Source: a bacterium
GTDB taxonomy: Bacteria > Desulfobacterota > DSWW01
Direction: 5' to 3'
Length of the DNA: 64,000 nucleotides
NCBI GenBank assembly: GCA_040756235.1
Contig: JBFLZG010000114.1
Coordinates: 1-64,000, forward strand
The notes beneath the pieces are model-generated. The model was not told the origin of the DNA. It did no database searches and saw only the letters and a program-made list of their open reading frames with translations. A program made the position numbers and the translations under genes. Positions 1 through 9,373 of this stretch are shown piece by piece (positions within the stretch are counted from its first letter, which is position 1; each line of letters opens with the position of its first letter).

Positions 1-921
1 GATCGGTATGCTGGACACGAAAGCGAACAGGTCGGCGAGCTCCCCGGTGACAACGATGTTCTTGTGCCGCCTGCTCAGGTCCAGAATGGCATGGCCCGGC
101 GCCCTGCCGGCGATGTACCATGTGATCCCCTGATCGATGAGATATTTCTTGAAGACATTCTGATAGAAGAAGTCCACCGCGGTCAGATTCGGAGCGAAAT
201 CCAGTCCCCCCCAGAAAACAATGGAATTCGGTATCTCATCTCGGTTCGGGACGGGTTCCTCCAGGACGGGGGAGATCCCGTTCGGAAGATGAACGACCCC
301 TTGGGGGCGAGCCTCGTTGAGGCACTGCAGAATGAGTCGATCGACAGGGGAGACCGTCGTGACGAAACGGAAGATCCGGGTTAGCCGCCTTTCCTCGGAA
401 ACGGCCCGCAGGACGCCGAGCTCCGCCCTGAGCACCTCCGGCATCCGTGTCGGCACCTGGTCATAACCTCCCTTTCTCAGGCGATGAAGGGTTACGGAAT
501 CGATGATGTCCAGGATCTTGGGAATGCCGGGGATGGATGCGGCGTAGTCTCCGAGCCTGAGGGTGTGTGCGATGACGAGGTCTATAGAGTGCTCTTCAAC
601 GAACCGCCGGAGCGAAGCGCAGACCTTGCGAAAGAAAGCGGGGCGGACGACCCTGTCCAGATCGCCTGTGAATGGGCGACAGTAGCGAGTGATCGACTTG
701 CTGCTCGGGTCCCTGAGAGGGAGCAGGGAGACTGTCTCGAAAATTCGGGTCGCTCGGAGGCCTTCCAGTCGTTCGTCCTTTTCGCCAAAGGCGGCGAGAT
801 AGAGCTGGTGCTCCCGGCTGAGACTCTGGCAAAGAGGGAGCACCCGGACACTGTTCCCGTTGTGATGGAGGGGGTAGGGAATGATGCTGTTCAGAACGAG
901 TATTCTTGCCATGCTTCGCAT
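1..921 (-). CDS. Glycosyltransferase family 4, 3'-truncated at window edge
   Basis: Not in ORF track. Hand translation from ATG 921/912: MRSMARILVLNSIIPYPLHHNGNSVRV...LPNGI...IVFWGGLDFAPNLTAVDFFYQNVF...YIAGRAP...VTGELADL; open to base 1. Confidence 0.85.
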   Translation of the reverse strand, partial: MRSMARILVLNSIIPYPLHHNGNSVRVLPLCQSLSREHQLYLAAFGEKDERLEGLRATRIFETVSLLPLRDPSSKSITRYCRPFTGDLDRVVRPAFFRKVCASLRRFVEEHSIDLVIAHTLRLGDYAASIPGIPKILDIIDSVTLHRLRKGGYDQVPTRMPEVLRAELGVLRAVSEERRLTRIFRFVTTVSPVDRLILQCLNEARPQGVVHLPNGISPVLEEPVPNRDEIPNSIVFWGGLDFAPNLTAVDFFYQNVFKKYLIDQGITWYIAGRAPGHAILDLSRRHKNIVVTGELADLFAFVSSIPI

Positions 922-1006
922 CGTGGAGGCTGCAGACAAGCTCTCGCCGCAAACCTCTGGGTTCGCTCCCGGGCCCTGGCGATTCAAACCAGTCAGTGGG
1001 GAGGAT

Positions 1007-1702
1007 TCAATTGGGCAAGTGCCCCCGTAAGATGCCTATGTGGTGGTCTCGCATTTCGATCCGATGGGAATTCCCGATGGTCCGGAGGACATCCGGAACA
1101 AGGTATCGCAGAACGAGCTGGTTGTATGCCATGTCGCAGATCCGCAACGGATAGCCGACCATTTCCGGGTTCGGCTCTTCGTAGGCCGTCTTGTCGTCCA
1201 GAGCACGAATGAGCAGCCCCCGAATCTCGGGCCCGCCCTGCATCTTTCCCAGCACGGAGAGGATGTTCGCCTTGCGCACCGGGCTCCCGCTGTCATAGAG
1301 ATCGAGGAGGCGAACAACGGCTTCTTCGGGAAACATGCGCATGACGCGCTTGGCCACACGGAAGCCGTCGTTGGGCGTTACCGTCTCGCCTTCTACGAAG
1401 ACATCCGGATGCTCCAGCTGTTTCGCGCAGATCTCGAGGGCCTGCTCCCTCCTGTTGCCGAAGGCCGATACGATCGACTTGTTCATGAATTTGTCGTTGG
1501 CGACGAACTCGGGTCCTTTGAGTCTGTTGAAGGCCGCTTCGGGGGCAAGTGCTTTCATCTGGGTTATCTTTGCTTCCTTGACCGGGTCCAGCACGTAGTT
1601 CGTGGGCGGCGTCACCGGCTCCGCAGCGGCGGCCACTGCGGATTGCGCGGCAAAAGCAACTGCAAGAATCCAAATCGTCAGAATGCTCTTAGAGAAGATC
1701 AT
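1007..1702 (-). CDS. Secreted hypothetical protein with HEAT-like repeat
   Basis: AAGGAGG RBS before ATG 1702; signal peptide MIFSKSILTIWILAVAFAAQSAVA; HEAT-like segment VRLLDLYDSGSPVRKANILSVLGKM...LLIRALDD. Confidence 0.7.
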   Translation of the reverse strand: MIFSKSILTIWILAVAFAAQSAVAAAAEPVTPPTNYVLDPVKEAKITQMKALAPEAAFNRLKGPEFVANDKFMNKSIVSAFGNRREQALEICAKQLEHPDVFVEGETVTPNDGFRVAKRVMRMFPEEAVVRLLDLYDSGSPVRKANILSVLGKMQGGPEIRGLLIRALDDKTAYEEPNPEMVGYPLRICDMAYNQLVLRYLVPDVLRTIGNSHRIEMRDHHIGILRGHLPN

Positions 1703-1804
1703 TGGGGACCTCCTTTTTGGATCAGTCGCGTTGAGGCGAGTTGCGCTCCCGGCAGCCACCGGCGGGATGAGGTTCCAGGCGATCGCGAATCGTTACGCCC
1801 GGAT

Positions 1805-4294
1805 CTACTGTTCCCAGGGATACTTGTCGAAGTAGTAGTAGTCATACTTGGGCTCGGCGTCCTGTACGATCTCCCACAGCTCGTGGTCCGTTTTCCCTTC
1901 CAGATACCCCCTGAGATAGAGGATCGCTCCGTACCCGACCGAGGCGCCCGTGGTGTAGAAGACGGTGCCCTTGTTGAACGTGTCCAGGAAATAGTTGTTG
2001 ACATTGCAGCTGTCGTAAAAAAGGCGGCTGTAGCGCAGCTGATCTTTCGGAATGTCGAGGCCCTTGCGAAACAGGACGGTCTTCCGGCTGAAGTGATACG
2101 GGGTCTTGGTGTCATCCACGATCGACTCATAGGTCGTTCCCTGGACGATGCGGATGGCATCCGCGACCACTCTGCCGCTCACGGACTCGTCGGTTAAAAT
2201 CACCGCATGGTCGTATCTGGTAAGGTTGAATTGACCTAGGACATTCCACTGGGCACCGTTCAGGCGCTGGTTCACGACAACCGTCGTGGTGCCCGTGGCG
2301 TGATGGACCGTATAGCGTGCCGTCTGGGTGTTCGTTGCAGAGGCAGGCCACCAGGCCTGGATCTGGTAGCTCCCGGCTGCAGGAACCCGGAAGCTCCACC
2401 GGGCTTCGTTCGCCCCGGTGCCTCCTGGTATCCAGAGAAAGCCGTCATCATAGTAACCCGCAGGCTCCGTGGCCAAGGTCCACCCCCCTTGCGAGAGGAA
2501 GAAGGCGGGGCTCGTGACGTAATATCTGCGGTGGTTGGGATCGCTCGGATTCGGCACGGCTCCGCTGGAGGAGAACCAGGCGGTCGCGTCCGCCTCCGGA
2601 AAACGGTCGAAGGCGCTTTCCCGGACCGTCTCGATCCTGTAGTAGGTGGGGTCGCCCGGCACCTGGTAAGTGATGTAGTAGTTGTAGGGGGGGGTGCCTT
2701 TCGGATCAAAGAAGCCGAAGGGCATGATGCCGCTCGCACCGTCCTGGAAGACGGGCTGCCAGTTCGGGTAGGCCTGGGAGCGGATCATCCCGGAGATGCT
2801 CACGCCGGTCCAGACTGAGGCGACATTGAGGATCCTCGGATCGTCGATGGTGTAGACGTCCTCGATGACTTCGGCCCTCTTCTCCGCCTCGGTGGCAGGG
2901 AGGGGGCCGAGCCCGTAGTTCGCGTGCCCCCGGACAATGACGTGAGCCCCTTCTGTGGTGAGGCCTTCGATGAGGCTCGGCATGTCATCCGCGATGTGGA
3001 CATGGTACGTCTTGTTCTGGGCTGTATTCACGTATGTCCAGAGCTTCTCCGACTGCCGGGTGGCGCCGAGATCCTGGAGCATGGAAGTTACCTGAGGGTA
3101 TCCGGCATTGTGGACCCAGGCCGCATAGATGTGCTCGGCTGCCTGAGCAGGGCACGTGCAGTCAGGCTGACAAAGCCCGGGACAGGATGCATCATCCTCT
3201 CCGTCGCAGTCTTCCCCGCCTTCTCTCGTCCCGTTTCCGCACACCGCGGCCCCTCCCTGAGGGACGAGCTTTACCGCGTCAGCGCACGTGGTAGGAGAGC
3301 CGACCGCCTGGATGGTCACAGCACATTGCTGGCCCTCTGCGAGAGCATAGGTGTCGGCCAGGTTCCATTGACCGCCGTTCAGCTGCTGATTCACGGAGAA
3401 GGTGCCGACCACCTGTCCGCCGCAGCGCACCGTCACCGGGCAGCTCGTGCAGCGCGACGGCCACTGGGTCCACCACAGGTTGAGATCGTAGTCCCCGGTT
3501 TGCGGTATCTGGAAAGTCCAGGTGTAGGTCGCCCCATATCTCCCATACAGAGAGTTCGCACCGTAGGGATTGGCGCCCCCGGAGACAAGCCACGTTCCCG
3601 TCGAGGAGGAGCAGGCCTGGCCGTTGTCGCAGACCATCTCGGAGGGAGCGGCGCAGTCGGGATCGGCATCGTCCGTCAGGCCGTCGCAGTCGTCGTCGCC
3701 TTCATTCTCGCAGTCTTCTGCGGCTCCGGGGTACGCGTCAGGATCTGCATCGTTGCAGTCGAGCTCCGGATAATCGCACGAGGGGCTGGCAGGGTCCCCG
3801 TAACCATCCCCGTCCTCATCCACGCACGGCTCCGGGGATGTCAGTGCGAAGCGGACCGCGTCGGCGCACGTGCTTGCCGCTCCGATCGCCTGGATGCGAA
3901 CGGAGCACTGCTCCCCGGCATCGAGTGAATACTCGTCCAGGGTGTTCCACTGGCCTCCTTCCTGCTGCTGATTCAAGGAATAGGTGCCCACGGTCTGGCC
4001 GCCACACCTCACCGACACGGGGCAGGCGGTGCAACGGGAAGGCCATTCCGTCCACCACATGGAGAACTCGTAGCTTCCGGACTGAGGTGCCTGGAAGTTC
4101 CAGGTGTAGGTGACTCCCCATTTCCCGTATACGGAATCTGCTCCGTAAGGGTCGGGCGCACCGGAAAGGGGCCAGGTGCCGGTGTGGGAGGTGCAGGCCT
4201 CGCCATTGTCGCAGATCCATTCCTGACCGATCGAGGCGGACGGAAGACACAGAATCAGAAGAGCCACGGATGTGAGGTGCAGAGCCCTTAGCAT
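1805..4294 (-). CDS. Secreted multidomain protein: three golvesin/xanthan-lyase CBM-like domains, MopE-like and Cys-rich repeats, possible caspase-fold domain
   Basis: Signal peptide, GGAGG RBS; three copies of W-x-F...G-x-Y...WW...(V/L)NQ..(N/E)G.QWN...ADA(V/I); DEDGDGYG..DCND.DP..YPGA.E.C....DDDCDG motif; CGNG.REGGEDCDG motif. Confidence 0.8.
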   Translation of the reverse strand: MLRALHLTSVALLILCLPSASIGQEWICDNGEACTSHTGTWPLSGAPDPYGADSVYGKWGVTYTWNFQAPQSGSYEFSMWWTEWPSRCTACPVSVRCGGQTVGTYSLNQQQEGGQWNTLDEYSLDAGEQCSVRIQAIGAASTCADAVRFALTSPEPCVDEDGDGYGDPASPSCDYPELDCNDADPDAYPGAAEDCENEGDDDCDGLTDDADPDCAAPSEMVCDNGQACSSSTGTWLVSGGANPYGANSLYGRYGATYTWTFQIPQTGDYDLNLWWTQWPSRCTSCPVTVRCGGQVVGTFSVNQQLNGGQWNLADTYALAEGQQCAVTIQAVGSPTTCADAVKLVPQGGAAVCGNGTREGGEDCDGEDDASCPGLCQPDCTCPAQAAEHIYAAWVHNAGYPQVTSMLQDLGATRQSEKLWTYVNTAQNKTYHVHIADDMPSLIEGLTTEGAHVIVRGHANYGLGPLPATEAEKRAEVIEDVYTIDDPRILNVASVWTGVSISGMIRSQAYPNWQPVFQDGASGIMPFGFFDPKGTPPYNYYITYQVPGDPTYYRIETVRESAFDRFPEADATAWFSSSGAVPNPSDPNHRRYYVTSPAFFLSQGGWTLATEPAGYYDDGFLWIPGGTGANEARWSFRVPAAGSYQIQAWWPASATNTQTARYTVHHATGTTTVVVNQRLNGAQWNVLGQFNLTRYDHAVILTDESVSGRVVADAIRIVQGTTYESIVDDTKTPYHFSRKTVLFRKGLDIPKDQLRYSRLFYDSCNVNNYFLDTFNKGTVFYTTGASVGYGAILYLRGYLEGKTDHELWEIVQDAEPKYDYYYFDKYPWEQ
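3262..4219 (-). repeat. Internal domain duplication (about 125 aa, two copies) in the secreted protein
   Basis: CDNGEACTSHTGTWPLSGAPDPYG...WPSRCTACPV...TCADAV versus CDNGQACSSSTGTWLVSGGANPYG...WPSRCTSCPV...TCADAV. Confidence 0.85.
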
Positions 4295-4400
4295 TTCCGA
4301 ATCCTCCCTTTGCGTGGGTTACTATGGAAAAGACTGTGCCGTCACCATAGAAGCGCCAGACGTTCGTGTCAGCAGGCAGAATGGATACGAACAAAGATCG

Positions 4401-5744
4401 CTAGGTCCAGGCTCCCCCCAGGGATGTCGCGAGCTCTTGGTATATGCCCGCAACCTGGTGCCGCGACTTGCCAAACAAAGCCGCGGCGAACTTGCCCAGC
4501 TTCAGGCAGCCGGTATTGAACGGGACGAATCCGCTGCCTTTCGCAGGATCGAAGAAGAGACGTCCGCAGGATTCGTGAAGCGAAGCGAACGAGCGAGCCC
4601 GTGTCTTCATGTTCACGGACAGAAACGCTTCGACCGGCGGCCGGTCTGCTTTTCGCTGCAGCACATTGAGGTATTCCATGAGTGCCTTCGGGTAAACGGA
4701 CCCGTTCATCCTGGGGTTGATCTCCGCCAGGAAGTGTGCAGGCGACCCGGTCTCCTGCTCCACGTACTCGCCGAAATCGAAGCCCGCGAATCCGTGGTAT
4801 CCTTCAGCTTGAAGCCAGCGGCACAGGGAGCGGGCCGAGGTCATCATGTCGCCCAGCGTTGCGGCAAGGGAAGGATAGATATTGCCCTGATGCATGAGTC
4901 TACTGTTCAAGATCTGGTCCGTGATCCCTACACACGTGATATCGCCGTTGCCGGGGGCGATGTGCATCATGATGTTGGGGGAAACGGTGAGCTCGAGCAG
5001 CGTCTCGATGAGGTAGACGTGATTGTCTGTTCTTTCAGCGATTCTGTTCAGAGCCGCTTCGATGCTCGCTGAATGGCTTTTGACAATGAAGAGGGAAGAT
5101 CCCGATGCACCGTCGGCGCCCCGCACGATCGCTCTTCCCGTCCTGCCGAGATGCCGGTGGATCGCATCGCGAAGACACCGCAGATCTGCGGGCTTTCCAT
5201 CCCGCCGCAATTCGAGCTCAACGATCTCTCCTTCGGGTACCGGCACGCCGAGCTCGAGTGCCTTCGTCCGGGTCACATCTTTGCATTTGGCCAATTGAAC
5301 GATGTGCGGATTTCCGCCGAGGAGCTCCACGCTCCTTTCCAGAGCGCCCTGCAGGACCGCCGTGCATTCGAGCTCGCTCTGCGAGGCGATGTACGGACTG
5401 AGCACGACCTTGGCGCTGAATGTAACCAGCCGGGCAATGGCTGAGAGTGCGTCTGGATTGGCCATGAGGCAGTTGAGCAGCCTGGTGGAACAATCCGGGC
5501 GTACGGACGTGCCGACTGGAATGATGTTTCCCCGTTCAGGTCCGATACCCAGATTTTGAAGATATTCCAGGTAACTTTCTTCCAGAGGATTCAGCAGACA
5601 CACGACGTCCCATGGCCGTGCCAGCAGGAGGGACCGTTCACAGTAGCTCTGGGCGCCTGACACGGTCGCCTCGAGGAGCTCGGCGTTGAGGACTGAAAGG
5701 ATATCGTGAGCGAAGATGTGGGTGACCTCTGCTCCGCCAAGCAT
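4401..5744 (-). CDS. ATP-grasp ligase with pre-ATP-grasp N-terminus (PGM1-like)
   Basis: ERSLLLARPWDVV N-terminal motif, GASGSS loop, GFAGFDF and AEINPR; start ATG 5744 preferred (track gives 5846). Confidence 0.75.
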   Translation of the reverse strand: MLGGAEVTHIFAHDILSVLNAELLEATVSGAQSYCERSLLLARPWDVVCLLNPLEESYLEYLQNLGIGPERGNIIPVGTSVRPDCSTRLLNCLMANPDALSAIARLVTFSAKVVLSPYIASQSELECTAVLQGALERSVELLGGNPHIVQLAKCKDVTRTKALELGVPVPEGEIVELELRRDGKPADLRCLRDAIHRHLGRTGRAIVRGADGASGSSLFIVKSHSASIEAALNRIAERTDNHVYLIETLLELTVSPNIMMHIAPGNGDITCVGITDQILNSRLMHQGNIYPSLAATLGDMMTSARSLCRWLQAEGYHGFAGFDFGEYVEQETGSPAHFLAEINPRMNGSVYPKALMEYLNVLQRKADRPPVEAFLSVNMKTRARSFASLHESCGRLFFDPAKGSGFVPFNTGCLKLGKFAAALFGKSRHQVAGIYQELATSLGGAWT

Positions 5745-6008
5745 TCCTGTCACGGAATGAACTCTGTTCGCTCGATCCGTTCTGGATTCGCGCCGCCGAT
5801 AGCATGGGCACATCGGAGCCCGCCTGCTGGATGTGGCCGGATTCATTTGCGCGACCGTTTTTACGAGCCGTGCGGACAGATGCGTGATGCAGCACTTGTC
5901 AGGAACACGAATCAGCGCGAAAGCGTTGGCGCTCTGAACGGAGAAGCGGCTCGGAGAAATGTGAGAGATCGACTGGATCCACCGGAGCAGGCAATGATTC
6001 GTCGGCCG

Positions 6009-7922
6009 TTATGCGCTTCTTTCGGCAGGGGTGCCACCGTGCAGCGCTTCTGCGTTCTGCTGCGCCGCAGATCGTATCGGGTCTGGCCGAGACAGGCGAC
6101 CGAGCTGCTCCTGGAGCATGGAAAGAAGGGCGATGCGCCTGAGGAGGTTCATGGGATCGGCTGCATGGTCCGATGCAAACGATCTGCGAGAATTCATCCG
6201 CAGGAGGTGCTGAAGCCACGGTTGCCGAGAGCGCAGAATCTTCTTCTTGAGAGCCGTTTTCTTCGACGGAGCTCGACGGATCGGGTTCACGTGCTGGGCA
6301 AAAAACTCCCCCCGCATTCGCTCAAACTGCGCTCGGTCAATCAGCTCCCCCAGCTTCCCTCTGCTGATTCGACCGAAGTCCAGGTACTTCTGCATGCAGC
6401 TTCTGAGCGGCTCCTTGCAGCGCAAGTCCCGTGTCCAGTCGGGCAGCGAATTGACGCTGGCCACTGGCACCGCCAGAGCTTGTGGGAAGTGTCGGCGCAG
6501 CGTTGAAATGTAGAGGTTCTTCCAGAGACGGAGTCGGACGGGCAGCCTTCTGACGATTTCGATCACGCAATTCGCAAGAAACGGGCGGGCCATGGGCGTC
6601 GCCCACTCCCGGTAGTAACCGAGAGAAAAGAGGAACCGTGGGGCGCGAATGTAGAAGTAGTAGAAATCCTTGCGGTCACTGTAGTCTCGGTTCTCGCACC
6701 TCCCGGTGACGGAAGCTACGGCAGCCTCGTACGACTCTGCGGCACACCGGGCAAGGGGCGTCCTCAGGATTGTGGCAACATGGTTGGGCAGGGTGGGCGG
6801 GAAGCTCTCGGCCCGGGCCTCTCTCTCGTTGGCCGCGACCCCGTGTGCTCCCCAAAACTCGTCCCCCACGAGCAGCAGGTCGGTTCTTCTGTCGTAGAAG
6901 TCGATTAGGGCTCCGGCGCCCTCAGAGAACCATCCGAAATTGTCGTTGGCGAGCTCGGTGAGATAACACCAATCGTGCGCGTTCTGGATAAAGGTGTCGG
7001 TGTCGTGACGGTAGAAGGAAAAAGGGACCCCGAAACGGGCCGCAAGCTCTCGCGCCAGGTAAGCGTCCGAATGCTCGATAGAATCGTCGATCCCCCAGGA
7101 CTGTGCGAGGTCGGCAGGACGTCCAATTTCCTCCAGGGCTGCCAGCATGCAGCGGGAGTCCCAGCCTCCGGAAAGCAGGACGGAGAGTCTCCTTGGCTCC
7201 CGCGCCAAGACGGCCCTGTGCCCTTGGAGGATGGCGTCGCGAAGGGCGTCTTCCGCGTAGCGCCGGCTGCGGAGTCTTTCCGCAGGCTCGTAGACGATTC
7301 CCCAGAAATGCCTCTTTTCCACCTCGAGGGAGTCGAGTCTCACGGAGAGGACGCTTCCCGGCTCCAGGATCTCGACGCCCTCGAACAGGGTCCGGGACCC
7401 GTAACAGTAACCGGAGCTGAGGAAATTCAGAATCCCCTCGCTCGAGAGCCGGGCTTCGAACCCGGGCTGAACGAATACGCCCTTGGCCTCGGATGCAAAC
7501 GCGAAGGCCCCGGCTCTGCGAGCGTAATAGAGCGGGAGGGTCCCGATGCGGTCGTTGGATAGAAACAGACGCCCTTTTTCCAGGTCGACGATCGCAGCGA
7601 GGAATCCCGCTTCGAACTGACCCCAGCACTCATGACCTTTTTGCAGGTACTCTTCCAGAACCGCGCGAGCGCTCAGCACACGTGGGTCCGGGTCGGCCAG
7701 GCTGACACAACCGCTGATCAGAGCGGCGGCTCCTCTTCTGCTGTTGTAGTGCCAGTCGTAATCCCTCTTGCGGTCCATTCGGAAAACAACGCCCAATGCA
7801 ATCGTCTCGGAAAGCCGGAACTTTCTCGCCGCTAGCCAGGGGAAGTGGATCATTTTCTCGGCGGCAAGATCGATGTGTGCCCCTTCGTCATTCCTGCAAA
7901 TGATTCCCAAGAGCCCGGGCAA
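6009..7922 (-). CDS. Asparagine synthetase (AsnB)-like amidotransferase
   Basis: NDRIGTLPLYY, FASEAKG, LLSGGWDSR PP-loop; TTG start giving MPG rather than MCG. Confidence 0.85.
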   Translation of the reverse strand: MPGLLGIICRNDEGAHIDLAAEKMIHFPWLAARKFRLSETIALGVVFRMDRKRDYDWHYNSRRGAAALISGCVSLADPDPRVLSARAVLEEYLQKGHECWGQFEAGFLAAIVDLEKGRLFLSNDRIGTLPLYYARRAGAFAFASEAKGVFVQPGFEARLSSEGILNFLSSGYCYGSRTLFEGVEILEPGSVLSVRLDSLEVEKRHFWGIVYEPAERLRSRRYAEDALRDAILQGHRAVLAREPRRLSVLLSGGWDSRCMLAALEEIGRPADLAQSWGIDDSIEHSDAYLARELAARFGVPFSFYRHDTDTFIQNAHDWCYLTELANDNFGWFSEGAGALIDFYDRRTDLLLVGDEFWGAHGVAANEREARAESFPPTLPNHVATILRTPLARCAAESYEAAVASVTGRCENRDYSDRKDFYYFYIRAPRFLFSLGYYREWATPMARPFLANCVIEIVRRLPVRLRLWKNLYISTLRRHFPQALAVPVASVNSLPDWTRDLRCKEPLRSCMQKYLDFGRISRGKLGELIDRAQFERMRGEFFAQHVNPIRRAPSKKTALKKKILRSRQPWLQHLLRMNSRRSFASDHAADPMNLLRRIALLSMLQEQLGRLSRPDPIRSAAQQNAEALHGGTPAERSA

Positions 7923-7990
7923 TCCTTTAACCTCCGTTTACTCGAACGATGCCTGGTTGGAGGTCTCGGCGACAGAACCTCGCCCTATCT

Positions 7991-9355
7991 TCATGCGGCC
8001 ATCTCGTTGATGAAGTACAGATACTTGCCGCTGGGGGTCTCGGGTATTTCGTCAACCAAGTTGAACTCGAAAGCGACGTCGTCCCCGAGAATCTTCTTCA
8101 GTTTCTCTTCGATCCGGACCTTGTCCTGCCGCCAGATCTCGAGGTCCGTAACCGAGACATTCATCTGGATGAGATCGATGGCCTTTTGCACAAACTGATA
8201 GCGCTTGAGCGAATTGAAGAAGTAGAGCGATGTCGAAATGGCCACGCAGTCCACCGCCCCTTTTCTCGTCCGGATCATGCTGGTGGCTCTGCCTACGAGG
8301 TTTTCGATCAGAGGGAGACCTCGGCCGCACGGGCACGCAGCCCCCGTGTCCGAAGGTACGGCGACATCTCCGATCCGAAAGCGAATCAATGGCATGGAAA
8401 AGTTCTCCAGGGTCGTCACGTACACCTCTCCTGCCTCTCCCGGCCGGCACGGCTGGAGGAGCTCGTTCAGGATCTCCACATGGTGAAGGAAAACATTGAG
8501 GTGGAGTCCTGTCTGATACCTGCAGCTGCACGCAAGATCACCGACTTCGCGGCTTCCGTACCGGTTGTAGGTCCTGCAGCGGAAAACCTCTTCAATAAGG
8601 CTCTTCATCTTTGGGTAGAGCACTCCGGCGGAGGTGATGATGCCCTTGGGCGAGAAGACTTCGAGCCTGTTCTTCTCGATGAAGAGGGCCAGCTCGTAGA
8701 TCGATTGCACATAAGCTTCGATCACCGCAGGTCTGTAACGGTTGATTTCACTTATATAGTGCAGCATGTCCGGGTCGGACATGCGAAAAGTGTTCAGTAG
8801 CCTTTGTCCCTGGAGCCAGTTAGCGAGTTTGCGGCGGAGGCCCGTTCCCCCGAAAAAGAAATCCCTCTCCGAAGCCCACAGTTTGATGTATCGGTATGGG
8901 AAAGGCTCGACGAAGGAGTGGAACATCCATTTCCCCGAAACCATATGCCTGAAATACTCACGGTCTTGAAGAAAACGCACAGGTTCACCGGTGGAACCTC
9001 CGGACGTATTCACGTACGGCCTTCTCCGCTCCCGCGCAGGGTCGCGGGAGACAAGCCGGTCATAGTTTTCGCGGATATCCTTCTTGGTCAGGAGCGGAAC
9101 CGAGCGTAAATTCTCCAGCTGAACCTGCCCGTTCTGCACAACGCCAGCCCTTTCGAGAACCGGTGTGTAATACGGGACGTGCCGCCATGCGTGCACCAAT
9201 ATCTGCTTGAGCTTCTGCCGCTGAATTTGCAGATTTTCGTCCAGAGGACCGTACTGCAAACGCAGCATGTCATGGTACAGGGGGAAACTGCTCTTGCCCT
9301 TCAAAAACAGCCCCGTGCGCCACAGGTTCGACCTCATCGCTTGCTCTAGCTTCAT
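7991..9355 (-). CDS. Phenylacetate-CoA ligase family / CapK-like adenylating protein
   Basis: TSGGSTGEP P-loop, NRYGSRE, MPLIRFRIGD, SGKY near C-terminus. Confidence 0.9.
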   Translation of the reverse strand: MKLEQAMRSNLWRTGLFLKGKSSFPLYHDMLRLQYGPLDENLQIQRQKLKQILVHAWRHVPYYTPVLERAGVVQNGQVQLENLRSVPLLTKKDIRENYDRLVSRDPARERRRPYVNTSGGSTGEPVRFLQDREYFRHMVSGKWMFHSFVEPFPYRYIKLWASERDFFFGGTGLRRKLANWLQGQRLLNTFRMSDPDMLHYISEINRYRPAVIEAYVQSIYELALFIEKNRLEVFSPKGIITSAGVLYPKMKSLIEEVFRCRTYNRYGSREVGDLACSCRYQTGLHLNVFLHHVEILNELLQPCRPGEAGEVYVTTLENFSMPLIRFRIGDVAVPSDTGAACPCGRGLPLIENLVGRATSMIRTRKGAVDCVAISTSLYFFNSLKRYQFVQKAIDLIQMNVSVTDLEIWRQDKVRIEEKLKKILGDDVAFEFNLVDEIPETPSGKYLYFINEMAA

Positions 9356-9373
9356 CGCCGCTTCCTCCGAGGC

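Noticed and set aside
4325..4341. sigma54-like motif CGGCACAGTCTTTTCC upstream of the 829-aa gene
   Set aside because: The -12 GC is absent; too weak to call.
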